A stretch of DNA of 64,000 nt from a virus: positions 15,111 to 79,110 of IMG/VR virus record IMGVR_UViG_3300042509_002208. One strand, given 5' to 3'. The notes below the pieces were generated by a model that did no database searches, was not told the DNA's origin, and saw nothing but the letters and a program-made list of their open reading frames with translations. A program made the translations under genes and the position numbers. Shown piece after piece: positions 19,988 through 28,998 of this stretch. How positions within the stretch are numbered: the first letter of the stretch is position 1; the number at the start of each line of letters is the position of its first letter.

Positions 19988-20959
19988 ATGCCACTTAATT
20001 CCACAGGCCCTATCAGCATTGGCGGATCAACATCCGGCCAATCCATCAACATCGAACTGGGTCGTAGCGCGACGGCCCAGTCGTCAATGAACGATGCAGG
20101 CCTAAGAGGTCTTGCGGGAGTCGCGAGTGGAGCAATCAGCTTGTCGAATTTCTACGGCAAGTCCAATGCTCAGCCACTGAGCCTGAACATCTTGCTGCTT
20201 GGAGGTGGTGGCGGGACTTCGTCAACTTATACCACCAACATCGCTGACGATGATTTTCTTATGCCCTATCATTTCCCTGGCGGCGGCGGTGGTGGTGGCG
20301 GTCTTAGCATCGCTAACTACACAATGAACCCTGGATCGACAATCTATTTGACTGTTGGTGCCGCCGGTTCAGGCGCATCCAATGGTGCGTCGACATCGGC
20401 TGGCACAACGAGTGCTGGCACGCAGATCGGCTCTGTTCTTGGGGGCGGTTCTGGTTCCAGATCTGCCACTGGCTCGCGCGCCTCAGGCGGCGGTGGACCA
20501 GCGTCGGCCGGGACCTGGCCTGGCTATACAGGCACAGCGGGTCAAGGCAATACCGGCGGCAGTGGTAATTATCAAAGTTCAGGTGGCGGTGGCGGATACG
20601 GTTCTGTTGGAGGTAACGCTGGGTATTACGCAGGCGGCACCGGAGGCTCTGGTTACAACCAGAGCACTTTTGATGCTGGGGCGACTAACTGGCTAGCCGC
20701 AGGCGGCGGCGGGACCGGCTCTAGTACACAGGGCTCAAATGGCAATAGCGTAACGGCCGGACTTGCTAATTCAGGCGTTGGTGCCAAAGCAGGTACATGG
20801 AATACAAACCACTCCAATGCTGGTGGTTCAGGTCTTGTTATTGTTCGCTATCCAGGAACAACTGTGAAAATGACTGGTGGCTCCACTTACACAGCCACGG
20901 TAGGCGGTACGGCTTATGTCTTCCATAGGTTTACCGGCACCGGTACACTTGTTTATTAA
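19988..20959 (+). CDS. Glycine-rich fibre tip / receptor-binding protein
   Basis: MPLNSTGPIS..INIELG..ISLSNFYGKS N-terminus; GGGGG repeats; GGSGLVIVRYP. Confidence 0.75.
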   Translation: MPLNSTGPISIGGSTSGQSINIELGRSATAQSSMNDAGLRGLAGVASGAISLSNFYGKSNAQPLSLNILLLGGGGGTSSTYTTNIADDDFLMPYHFPGGGGGGGGLSIANYTMNPGSTIYLTVGAAGSGASNGASTSAGTTSAGTQIGSVLGGGSGSRSATGSRASGGGGPASAGTWPGYTGTAGQGNTGGSGNYQSSGGGGGYGSVGGNAGYYAGGTGGSGYNQSTFDAGATNWLAAGGGGTGSSTQGSNGNSVTAGLANSGVGAKAGTWNTNHSNAGGSGLVIVRYPGTTVKMTGGSTYTATVGGTAYVFHRFTGTGTLVY

Positions 20960-20967
20960 GATTTTCC

Positions 20968-21255
20968 ATGGCACACTTTGCACTGCTCGACGCAAACGAC
21001 ACGGTCGTCAACGTTTTGGTCGTTGACAATATCGTACTAATGGAACCAGACGGCTCCGAAAATGAAGCCAAAGGCATTGCACATCTAGAGCATGTCTGCG
21101 GCCCTGAATTCAAGTATGTCCAGACCAGTATCAACGCAAACTTTCGCGGAGAATATGCCACGATTGGCGGTACCTATGACAGGGCCAATGATGTCTTTAG
21201 GTCAATCGCTGATAGCCAGCCCAGTCAACCGCAAGAGGGATTTGAGTGGAACTGA
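20968..21255 (+). CDS. Conserved partner of Gly-rich fibre proteins
   Basis: MAHFALLD..VVNVLVV..QTS.NANFRG.YA.IG.TYD...DVF family. Confidence 0.7.
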   Translation: MAHFALLDANDTVVNVLVVDNIVLMEPDGSENEAKGIAHLEHVCGPEFKYVQTSINANFRGEYATIGGTYDRANDVFRSIADSQPSQPQEGFEWN

Positions 21256-21860
21256 TCTTTTATGATGACCCCTTCCCTCATATTGCCGCGCAAGATTGTC
21301 TGAGCCCTTCTCAGCTTGAGCTGATATGGTATGAGATTCAGTTCTTATCCTCTCCAGCTAAGTTGCATCGCCCTGGCATCGACCACGGTGCATACGGGCT
21401 TAATGGGCTGACCAGTAGCCGTGCGGCAATCCTCGAAAGGATTTACGCGCGGCCTGAGGTATCCGACATCATTTGCACCATGACTGAACTCACGTTCATG
21501 CTAGGTCGCAAGGCAGCAGAGCACTGGCCTGAATTTGTGGGAGCCGGGAACATAGAGCGTCTCACAACGAAGCTGCGCTACTACCACGACGGGGATGAGT
21601 ACGCGACCCATACTGACAGCTCGAAAGAATATCTGATGTTTTTTTATCTGCACAAAGAACCAAAAGCTTTTACCGGTGGAGAACTCTTCTTTGAGCCCCA
21701 TAGCTATATATTCCCGGCTCATAGCAATACCGCCATCTTTATGGCGGCCAATACCCCTCATGGGGTCAATCGGGTCAGTATCCCTGAGAATGATTACTGG
21801 GCCGGTAATGGTAGATATGCCCTTACCCAGTTTGTGAACGGGATACATCTCCCCTTGTGA
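21246..21860 (+). CDS. 2OG-Fe(II) oxygenase (prolyl-4-hydroxylase-like)
   Basis: YYHDGDEYATHTD (HxD), FTGGELFF, PHGVNRV (distal H), GRYALTQF. Confidence 0.88.
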   Translation: MELIFYDDPFPHIAAQDCLSPSQLELIWYEIQFLSSPAKLHRPGIDHGAYGLNGLTSSRAAILERIYARPEVSDIICTMTELTFMLGRKAAEHWPEFVGAGNIERLTTKLRYYHDGDEYATHTDSSKEYLMFFYLHKEPKAFTGGELFFEPHSYIFPAHSNTAIFMAANTPHGVNRVSIPENDYWAGNGRYALTQFVNGIHLPL

Positions 21861-21879
21861 GTTTTAGCCCCATTCAACA

Positions 21880-22572
21880 ATGGTATCTGTGTACTCGATT
21901 CATCATTCTGCACGTTGCGGCTCAACACTTCTTGTTTCGCTGCTGTCGTCGATCGCTCCAGCGTATGCCGAGCCAGGTTGGTGTCGTCAGTACTGGGAAG
22001 ACGGAGCCGACATCCCAGAAAGCCGAGATGGCGCAATCGTCAAGCTCCCGTCCTTCGCGCTATTTCATCATATTCTCCCAGGCCCTCAAATATTTCTCTA
22101 CAGGCCACTTGCCCAGCATTTGCTGAAGTACAAGGGTCTGCCAGCAAATTGGCTGGCACCGAGACTCAACAGAATTGGCGATTGCATCGACGTTTCTGGA
22201 TTGTCGGGCACTACACAAGTATTTGCTGCGTTCTGGGCCAAGCAAATAGCACTGGCCATCGACATTGATGCGCTGTTTATCAAGTCAAACTCACTTTTTT
22301 CCGAGCCAGAGACTGTTGCCAATTCTGCCCTGCGGCACTTTGGTCTGAATGGTCAACCTGACCTCAGATTCCTTGACTATGATGTTAAAGCCGCTCGATT
22401 GATTGGCCAAAATGATCCGATCAGCTTTGGCAGCTTTCGCTCTGTCCCTTTGCGCAGCAAGTCCGACTATGGGGTCTGTACGACAGAGGACGCTTTGGCA
22501 GACCCGCTAATCAAGGCAACAGTGGAATGGGCTGAAATGGAGTTTCCTCAGTGCAGGCCATTCACGCGATAA
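21880..22572 (+). CDS. Sulfotransferase-like P-loop protein
   Basis: N-terminal HSARCGSTLL..LL motif, IVKLPS, IFLYRPL. Confidence 0.6.
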   Translation: MVSVYSIHHSARCGSTLLVSLLSSIAPAYAEPGWCRQYWEDGADIPESRDGAIVKLPSFALFHHILPGPQIFLYRPLAQHLLKYKGLPANWLAPRLNRIGDCIDVSGLSGTTQVFAAFWAKQIALAIDIDALFIKSNSLFSEPETVANSALRHFGLNGQPDLRFLDYDVKAARLIGQNDPISFGSFRSVPLRSKSDYGVCTTEDALADPLIKATVEWAEMEFPQCRPFTR

Positions 22573-23117
22573 CACGGCGCGCCTCTTTCCTGCCTGTAAA
22601 GCCTCATAACCTGCCAATCAAGTTTGCGGCCTGTTCTGAGCGCCGCGAATGTTTCAGCCACGAATTCGATTGGGTCTCTTGATGCGTAACGACTGACTCT
22701 CTGCGCTATCCGCTGATCCTCATCATTGCTCCAGGTGACGAGCCCTAACGCGACGCGACGCCGATTGTATTGATCTCTCGTGTGCGCTATCTCGTGATAC
22801 AGGAAGGCGACAGGATCCCCAGACGACAGGTACCCCTTCAGTCGTGATTCACGAGATACAGTCCATGGATCGCCCCAGAAGCGGTGCGCAGCGTTCAAGT
22901 CCACGTACCGATAGCCAGGTGACGTGTTCGCACGTATACCTGAAGCGTAAGACTCAATGCGGACAGTGAGTCCGTAACCCTCTAGGAAGAATCTTGCGAT
23001 TGCCAGGTTGTGATCGACATCATCCTTGATCCAGTTCAGCATCGCTGCCCTGGGTACTGGCTTGCAGATCGTGTGCGGCGGCCTGAAGTTCCCTTTTATA
23101 AAAATTTTTGAATGCAT
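22548..23117 (-). CDS. Stand-alone zincin metallopeptidase
   Basis: FLYHEIAH (HExxH) plus VSRYASRDPIEFVAETFA. Confidence 0.65.
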   Translation of the reverse strand: MHSKIFIKGNFRPPHTICKPVPRAAMLNWIKDDVDHNLAIARFFLEGYGLTVRIESYASGIRANTSPGYRYVDLNAAHRFWGDPWTVSRESRLKGYLSSGDPVAFLYHEIAHTRDQYNRRRVALGLVTWSNDEDQRIAQRVSRYASRDPIEFVAETFAALRTGRKLDWQVMRLYRQERGAPCYRVNGLH

Positions 23118-23224
23118 TTGCGGAAAAGATACTACATAGTGTCCCGCCAGTTTTGCAATAGGAATCTTATTATTGACTGGATCTAATCTCTACGAGATCA
23201 GTCTATTCAAAACAGGAGACTAAC

Positions 23225-23575
23225 ATGGCTCAACGTTCTGCTGGAGTGTTCCCCCGCGAGAAGTTTGATCTCGATGCTGCTTTCGAGGTTACCGCTACTT
23301 CCGCCGCTGCTCCTATCCCCCTGACCAGTATTGGCACCATCCGTGTGGTTGTGCTCGATGCAGGCGGCATCGACGATGCTGGTACTAATAAGATCACTGT
23401 TAACGTGGGTGGCAAGTCCGTGGTGTTTGCTGCTGCTGACCTGGACAAGAACGGCGTGGGTATTGCCCATATCCGTGGCTCCCTGTGTGACGCCAACAAC
23501 AACATGGATTACGACCTGGGTGGTACCGCCACCGTGGGTGCTGTGTACCTGGACGTTGTGGACAACGTGGGCTGA
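23225..23575 (+). CDS. Abundant small virion protein, probable capsid decoration/cement protein
   Basis: Own late motif, AGGAG SD, capsid-like codon bias, own terminator. Confidence 0.6.
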   Translation: MAQRSAGVFPREKFDLDAAFEVTATSAAAPIPLTSIGTIRVVVLDAGGIDDAGTNKITVNVGGKSVVFAAADLDKNGVGIAHIRGSLCDANNNMDYDLGGTATVGAVYLDVVDNVG

Positions 23576-23603
23576 GCCTAAGCCAACCACATCGGCAAAC
23601 TAT

Positions 23604-23624
23604 GGGGCGGTAACGCCCCTTTTT
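23604..23624 (+). terminator. Intrinsic terminator
   Basis: GGGGCG-GTAA-CGCCCC-TTTTT. Confidence 0.9.
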
Positions 23625-23627
23625 ATT

Positions 23628-23930
23628 ATGTACCTTCGTAATCGTCCAGCATATTACACAAACGGCGAGCAGACCATTGCCGTAAACTACAGTGCTCACG
23701 CAAGAGACCTTGAGCAGACTGGCTGGACGCTTGTTGAGAAGGTCGAAGTAAAAGTGGAACCCAAGATTGAGTCTGCTCCAGAGCCTGTGTCTGAAGCTGT
23801 TACCAGCGATACTGATCTCCCTTCTTTGACCAAAAGTGAACTGCTTGCTTACGCAGAAGCCATGGGTCTAGAGGCGAAGTCTACTTTTACTAAATCTGAA
23901 ATCATCAGCTTGATCGAAGCAAATGATTGA
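23628..23930 (+). CDS. Protein with C-terminal Rho-N/HeH-like helical domain
   Basis: LPSLTKSELLAYAEAMGL..FTKSEIISLI; ATG after the terminator. Confidence 0.7.
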   Translation: MYLRNRPAYYTNGEQTIAVNYSAHARDLEQTGWTLVEKVEVKVEPKIESAPEPVSEAVTSDTDLPSLTKSELLAYAEAMGLEAKSTFTKSEIISLIEAND

Positions 23931-24108
23931 ATTTGAGCACGTCAAGGGGCCACGGATCCTTGAAGATGGCACGAATATTGATGCCGATATCATTGCTTAT
24001 GAGCCGGTAATTCAGCGTCGAAATATTACAGATCCCGTCTCTGATGGATCTCTGGGCACCCCTGGCTATCAACCAGGACAAAAGAACAGAGACGGCTCGC
24101 CGCTGTAA
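23923..24108 (+). CDS. Hypothetical protein
   Basis: 61-aa ORF overlapping the previous stop. Confidence 0.6.
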   Translation: MIEFEHVKGPRILEDGTNIDADIIAYEPVIQRRNITDPVSDGSLGTPGYQPGQKNRDGSPL

Positions 24109-24139
24109 GCAGGTAACCTAGTTGGTAACGGGATTTACC

Positions 24140-24226
24140 ATGGCAATGCCATTAGCTATTGCAAAGCAATTTGGCAAGAAAGGTAAGCCTAAGAAAGGTA
24201 AGGGCAATGGCACCAAAAAAGCGTAG
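24140..24226 (+). CDS. 28-aa Lys/Gly-rich peptide (MAMPLAIAKQFGKKGKPKKGKGNGTKKA)
   Basis: First ATG downstream of late motif GGTAACCTAG at 24112. Confidence 0.5.
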   Translation: MAMPLAIAKQFGKKGKPKKGKGNGTKKA

Positions 24227-24500
24227 CACCGCAGATTTTTACGCCAAAAATCCTGAGGCGTATAAGAAGAAGCTTGCTTATGACAAGAAGCGCAATGCCC
24301 GACCCGACCGTAAGGATTATAGAGCTGAATTAGCACGGGAACGTCGTGCCAGGGGTATTATGGGCAAAGGTGGCCCTGATGTCAGCCATACCAGCGATGG
24401 CAAGTTTAAACTGGAAAACCCGAAAACTAACCGGGCTCGCAATGGTCATGGCAAGAACGCACGCTTAGCACCTGGCAAAGGTACAAAGAAATCAAAGTAG
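24207..24500 (+). CDS. Basic HNH-like protein
   Basis: GPDVSH...ENPKTNRARNG degenerate HNH motif. Confidence 0.6.
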   Translation: MAPKKRSTADFYAKNPEAYKKKLAYDKKRNARPDRKDYRAELARERRARGIMGKGGPDVSHTSDGKFKLENPKTNRARNGHGKNARLAPGKGTKKSK

Positions 24501-24560
24501 TGAATTGTTTGAGTAAACTAGATAAGTATTAGGGCACTCTATAGCAGATGCTCAATAGAG

Positions 24561-24749
24561 ATGACTGGTATCGTAGCTTATCTGGTTGCCCACGGCCCTG
24601 AAATCCTTGCTGCATTGATTGCAGTTCATGCTGCAGCAGTTGCTATTGTCAACCTAACTCCCACCCCTAAGGATGACGCTGCAGTTGCTAAACTTTATCG
24701 TGTAATCGAAATCCTGGCAGGCATTGTCACCAAACTGTCAAAGGGCTGA
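24561..24749 (+). CDS. Holin
   Basis: Hydrophobic 62 aa, IVNLTPTPKDD..KLYRVIEILAG family; upstream of the endolysin. Confidence 0.75.
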   Translation: MTGIVAYLVAHGPEILAALIAVHAAAVAIVNLTPTPKDDAAVAKLYRVIEILAGIVTKLSKG

Positions 24750-25027
24750 GTCGATCGGATACCCGTTGGCTTCTTCGTTTCTCTACTAGAAGCCAGCGGG
24801 AAGAAGTTGAACGGTTGATCTCAAAAGTTAGATTCTATCAAACATTAAATAGTAAGGTAACTCTTGAAATTAATCGCGTAAAAGAAGAAATGGCCGAGAT
24901 GGAACAAGCCTCTCAGCCGACAACAGTTAATCATCCGATCGACGACAATTTACAGACTGGTGACTCTAGACTACTTGGCGGTGGGATGAGTATTCATGCC
25001 CCTTGGTCAAAGGAATCGGAAGAATGA
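24746..25027 (+). CDS. Probable -1 frameshift extension of the holin (track ORF 24815..25027)
   Basis: Frame open from slippery A_AAG_GGC at the holin end; only a TTG start without SD otherwise. Confidence 0.55.
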   Translation: MSRSDTRWLLRFSTRSQREEVERLISKVRFYQTLNSKVTLEINRVKEEMAEMEQASQPTTVNHPIDDNLQTGDSRLLGGGMSIHAPWSKESEE

Positions 25028-25047
25028 CAATAGGGTTAATTTTTTAG

Positions 25048-25320
25048 ATGGCACCTCAGGAACCTACCCCATACGGGGGTGACATCTATCATATTTTAGG
25101 TAACCTTGAAGGAAAAATGGACGCCCTGATTGCGCGCACTGCAGAGTACCGCGCAGACTTGCAGACTGCATTTGAAAGAATATCTAAACTGGAGAATAAG
25201 CAAGCTTGGATCATGGGTGCTGCCGTTGTTGTCAGTCTGGTGATGCCGACGATTGTCGGAATTGCATCTCGTAACTTTGATATCAAAATAGACCCGATCA
25301 TAGAGAATCAAGCGAAATAA
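25048..25320 (+). CDS. Coiled-coil plus C-terminal TM lysis accessory protein (XhlA-like)
   Basis: LGNLEGKMDALI..ERISKLENKQAWIMGAAVVVSLV. Confidence 0.6.
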   Translation: MAPQEPTPYGGDIYHILGNLEGKMDALIARTAEYRADLQTAFERISKLENKQAWIMGAAVVVSLVMPTIVGIASRNFDIKIDPIIENQAK

Positions 25321-25345
25321 ATTCAGGTAGACTACATCGCATTAA

Positions 25346-26506
25346 ATGCGATTCATGAGTTATGTAACCTGGGGGCAGGTTTCTCGGTGGGCGAGTGAAG
25401 CCGGCTCAAAGTTCCCCGAGCTAACTGCTGCTCAGTTTGCGCTAGAGAGCAATTGGGGCTCTCAAGTAAGCGGAAAAAATAATCTGTTTGGGCTTAAAGG
25501 TGCTGGCAGCACTGTTAAGACAACGGAGTTTATAAATGGCAAAGAAGTTATTGTCTATGATGACTTCATTGACTTTGATACACCGGAAGAGTCTGTTCAA
25601 TATCTGGTTGATAGATGGTACAAAGATTATGAATATGATGGTTTGACTTATCGCGGTGTAAACAATGCCGCAACAAGAGAGGATGCTGCAAAGATGCTGG
25701 TCTCGGAAAAATATGCCACTGACCCTTTGTATAGTAGCAAACTAATTGACATAATGAATAAGAATAGCCCTCCAGTTGCCACTCCAGTTTCACAACCTAG
25801 GTCGATCAACTTAGAAGATGCAGCGAGATGGTATTCGGCTCAGCCACACCAAATCGAGGCCTGGCGCAATCTGCAGGAGACGTTAACACCAGAGCAGTTA
25901 AGCACCTTTGCGGCTGATTACCGGGCCTCCAGGAAGCCTCTAGGAGCCCCTACGATTGTATCTTTTCCTTTAAAGGTTCCATACTTCTATCAGCGGGACA
26001 GCAAGACAGGACATGGCGAAAGATCCTGTCAGTCTTCTGCGATTGCCATGGTTGTGGAATTCTTGAATCCCGACCTGATTAAAGATGATGATGATTATCT
26101 AAATCTGGTACTCAGATTCGGCGATACCATTTCGCAAGCGGCTCAAGCCAAAGCTCTTAATGCTTTGGGTTTAAAGTATCAATTCAAACAAAACGGAACA
26201 GAAAGTGAGCTTATCCGAATTCTTAATTTAGGGTATCCCGTACCGATTGGAATCTTGCACAAAGGAAATATTCAGAATCCTACTGGTGGAGGCCACTGGA
26301 TTACTCTGATTGGTTATGATGAAAAATACTTCTATGTGCATGATCCGTTTGGTGAACTGGATCTCATCAATGGAGGATATCCGAAGACTGGACCGACTGA
26401 TGGCAAGTCCAAGAAATACACCAGAGCAAATCTGCTTAAGCGTTGGCTAATCCACAGCAAGAGCGATGGCTGGCTTTGGGATCTTAGCGAGAATAAGCGG
26501 CAATGA
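25346..26506 (+). CDS. Endolysin: GH73 glucosaminidase + C39-like peptidase
   Basis: AAQFALESNWG..NNLFGLKG..YATDPLY; VPYFYQRD..SCQSSAIAM..GGGHWITLIGYD..VHDPFG. Confidence 0.9.
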   Translation: MRFMSYVTWGQVSRWASEAGSKFPELTAAQFALESNWGSQVSGKNNLFGLKGAGSTVKTTEFINGKEVIVYDDFIDFDTPEESVQYLVDRWYKDYEYDGLTYRGVNNAATREDAAKMLVSEKYATDPLYSSKLIDIMNKNSPPVATPVSQPRSINLEDAARWYSAQPHQIEAWRNLQETLTPEQLSTFAADYRASRKPLGAPTIVSFPLKVPYFYQRDSKTGHGERSCQSSAIAMVVEFLNPDLIKDDDDYLNLVLRFGDTISQAAQAKALNALGLKYQFKQNGTESELIRILNLGYPVPIGILHKGNIQNPTGGGHWITLIGYDEKYFYVHDPFGELDLINGGYPKTGPTDGKSKKYTRANLLKRWLIHSKSDGWLWDLSENKRQ

Positions 26507-26724
26507 GACAACAAATTTTATTGCCGTTCTTGCCAGGCTATATGTTCGATGGAAACAGGGTTGTGTCCACGGGCGTGGCCCTCCCTCCTACTCAGCACAT
26601 CCACCCTGAAACGGGTGAGATCGTCTATTATCTGAAACCGATCTTCGATATCGGCGGCGCGTCAATCGGTTTATTCATTCGGCACAAGGGAATCACTGAT
26701 TGGGTGGATGCACTGGGGGAGTAG
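26503..26724 (+). CDS. Hypothetical protein
   Basis: ATGA overlap with the endolysin. Confidence 0.55.
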   Translation: MRQQILLPFLPGYMFDGNRVVSTGVALPPTQHIHPETGEIVYYLKPIFDIGGASIGLFIRHKGITDWVDALGE

Positions 26725-26733
26725 ACTCCCCCA
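26714..26733. terminator. Hairpin between convergent modules
   Basis: TGGGGGAG-TAGA-CTCCCCCA. Confidence 0.55.
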
Positions 26734-26761
26734 ATACAGGTTCCCCCGAACCAATTACAGT

Positions 26762-27223
26762 TTAACGGTCCTCTAGGGGAATTCCTTCGTCTTCGTCGTC
26801 AGCATCGTCACTGGTTGCGTAGGTTAGGCCTGGGATGCTTTCGACAACCATCCGCATGTAACGATGAATATCTTCCTCTTCCCAATCGCATTCGTTATAC
26901 AGGCGGGAACCAAGTTCGTTGAGTGCCATTGAATGGTTCTCACGCCAGAAGCCGATATTTAAAGCGTCTTCTTTTACCTTGGATACCATCATCAATATTT
27001 CTAATTCTGTGCTCATGTCTGACTGGAGGACGACCTGTTCTGTGTAATTGGTCCGCTTCCTGTCAATCAGCCAGAGGACAAATTTAAAAGAATGAGCAAC
27101 GCCGCGTAACGCTAAATCTGATAAGGTAACGTGAACATTCACAAAGAATTCAAATATAATCCTCAGTCCTTCTATAAAGTTCTCGCCGAATGAGCCAACT
27201 AAGTTGTAGAGCTTGTTTCTCAT
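26762..27223 (-). CDS. Hypothetical protein
   Basis: 153 aa, coupled to the helicase gene. Confidence 0.7.
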   Translation of the reverse strand: MRNKLYNLVGSFGENFIEGLRIIFEFFVNVHVTLSDLALRGVAHSFKFVLWLIDRKRTNYTEQVVLQSDMSTELEILMMVSKVKEDALNIGFWRENHSMALNELGSRLYNECDWEEEDIHRYMRMVVESIPGLTYATSDDADDEDEGIPLEDR

Positions 27224-28992
27224 CGTCTGATCCTGGAACTTTTGACAACATCAATGTTTTGCATCGTGTCATCATTTTTCAGACTTGAGGTCTGATAGTC
27301 CAATTGTATCAGCGACATCGAAACAAATCCCTGGACAGTTAAGATTTGCTCGTTTGGAGGTTGACCTTCCCAGAAAGCTTGCCTGCCGCGTACCTTAGAG
27401 TGCCAAACCTCAAGTTTTCGATCGTTAGGTTCTCCTTCCGCAGCCTTATGTTTACGAATGAGCCAGACCGCATGGGAGACATGCGACAAGGCGTCAGTGC
27501 CACGAATCTGATCAAGCTCTGGTGGTCTTGGTTGGGCCTTCATATCTTGTTGTTCATTCTTGATTCCTACTTGGTTCATCTGAGCCAGGACAAACAGATC
27601 GATGTCCAGTTCCTTGGCTGCGGTCATCAGCTTGTAGGCTCTTTCTTCCAGCATTGAAGGATTATCGCGAGGAGCCTTTTGGTGTCGCGACAGGACGTGG
27701 AAGTGATCGAGAACAACTGCTCTCAGTTCCGGATTCTGTGCTTTCATTGCACGCATCGAATTAACAACAGTGTCAACACATGCGCCCCATGGAGCCTCAA
27801 TCAACAACTTGCCATGCTGTTGTTCAAGTTCAAAAGCAAGCATCCCAATCAGATTAGCTAGGCTCTCTTTGTCATTCAGATTAGGACTTTCAAGTTCACC
27901 CACTGTGACGTAACCAATTCCATCTTCAGTGGCTTTCCAGTGGTAGCCATGCTTTGCCAGCAGCTTTCGACTAAGGCTTGCCATCAGCCTTGCTTCGATA
28001 GCCGGATAATCAAGTTCTGCTGAAATAAATCCAACTGTCAGTCCTTTGGTGCATAACGAAGCTGCTATCTGACAGCCAATTGCCGTTTTGCCCACAGAGG
28101 TTCTGGCGGCAACGGTCATAAGACGCCCACCACAAGACTTGCGGGTATCGGGATAGGCGACACCACCTTCAATATCAATATCAAAAGCATCAATACCAGT
28201 AGATGCTGGTCTTGTGATTCTGGAGAGCGCAGACAGACGATCAATCCAGTTCTGTCTTTGTGCGCCTGGATTACCGATAATAGCATCAATCAATCCAACT
28301 GCCTGTCCCTGGTTGCCAATACTGCCGCGCATCATCCCAACGCCTTCCATAGCGCGTTGCTGTAAATATTCAAGCGCTTCTTCTAATTTTGTATCAGCTT
28401 TTATGTTTTGTTTTGCATTATGAAGAGTCTCAAGATACAGCGCTCTAACTCGTACTTGTTTTAGTACGTCTAATGCTGTCTCCCACTCCGATATTTCGTC
28501 ACCGTATCTTTCTATTGTTTCTGGATCGGCGAGTTCTGTTATCGTTTGATTAAAATCAATTAGCGATACACTTCTGGATGATTGATTGAGATTAGAATAG
28601 TTCGCAATCAAAGATTCACGGGAAATTACCTGACCGGTTCTTTCTCCTATGAATGTTAGATCTATTTCTTTGGCGATAGCTCGAAAGCATTCGTCAGACC
28701 AAAGAGATGAGGGTATTAGTTGATTATGACCAATACCAAATCCAGTCCTAAGCTGAGACCACAATTCTCTGGCGAGACCGCTCCTTGACGACAAGACGCG
28801 GCTAAGAACAATCGCTTCCTGACTGATTGTTTCTTCTCGTTCTTGTACGCTTGTTGGCTGAAGCTTGTCTACGGTACGCGCAACTTCCATTGCACGATGG
28901 ATGACCTCTGTATTGGTTGAGACAATACGGTCCCCTTCGGACTGGAGTAGCCCGAGGTCTACGGCTTTCTGGAGGTAGAAAGGTAAGGTCAT
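27220..28992 (-). CDS. dnaB: DnaB-like replicative helicase
   Basis: AARTSVGKT Walker A, FISAEL, VVLDHFH, LAQMN, IRGTDAL, KVRG. Confidence 0.9.
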   Translation of the reverse strand: MTLPFYLQKAVDLGLLQSEGDRIVSTNTEVIHRAMEVARTVDKLQPTSVQEREETISQEAIVLSRVLSSRSGLARELWSQLRTGFGIGHNQLIPSSLWSDECFRAIAKEIDLTFIGERTGQVISRESLIANYSNLNQSSRSVSLIDFNQTITELADPETIERYGDEISEWETALDVLKQVRVRALYLETLHNAKQNIKADTKLEEALEYLQQRAMEGVGMMRGSIGNQGQAVGLIDAIIGNPGAQRQNWIDRLSALSRITRPASTGIDAFDIDIEGGVAYPDTRKSCGGRLMTVAARTSVGKTAIGCQIAASLCTKGLTVGFISAELDYPAIEARLMASLSRKLLAKHGYHWKATEDGIGYVTVGELESPNLNDKESLANLIGMLAFELEQQHGKLLIEAPWGACVDTVVNSMRAMKAQNPELRAVVLDHFHVLSRHQKAPRDNPSMLEERAYKLMTAAKELDIDLFVLAQMNQVGIKNEQQDMKAQPRPPELDQIRGTDALSHVSHAVWLIRKHKAAEGEPNDRKLEVWHSKVRGRQAFWEGQPPNEQILTVQGFVSMSLIQLDYQTSSLKNDDTMQNIDVVKSSRIRR

Positions 28993-28998
28993 AATCGA

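Noticed and set aside
23331-23627. N-terminal part of track ORF 23331..23930
   Set aside because: Overlaps the 23225 gene and crosses a terminator; the real start is probably ATG 23628
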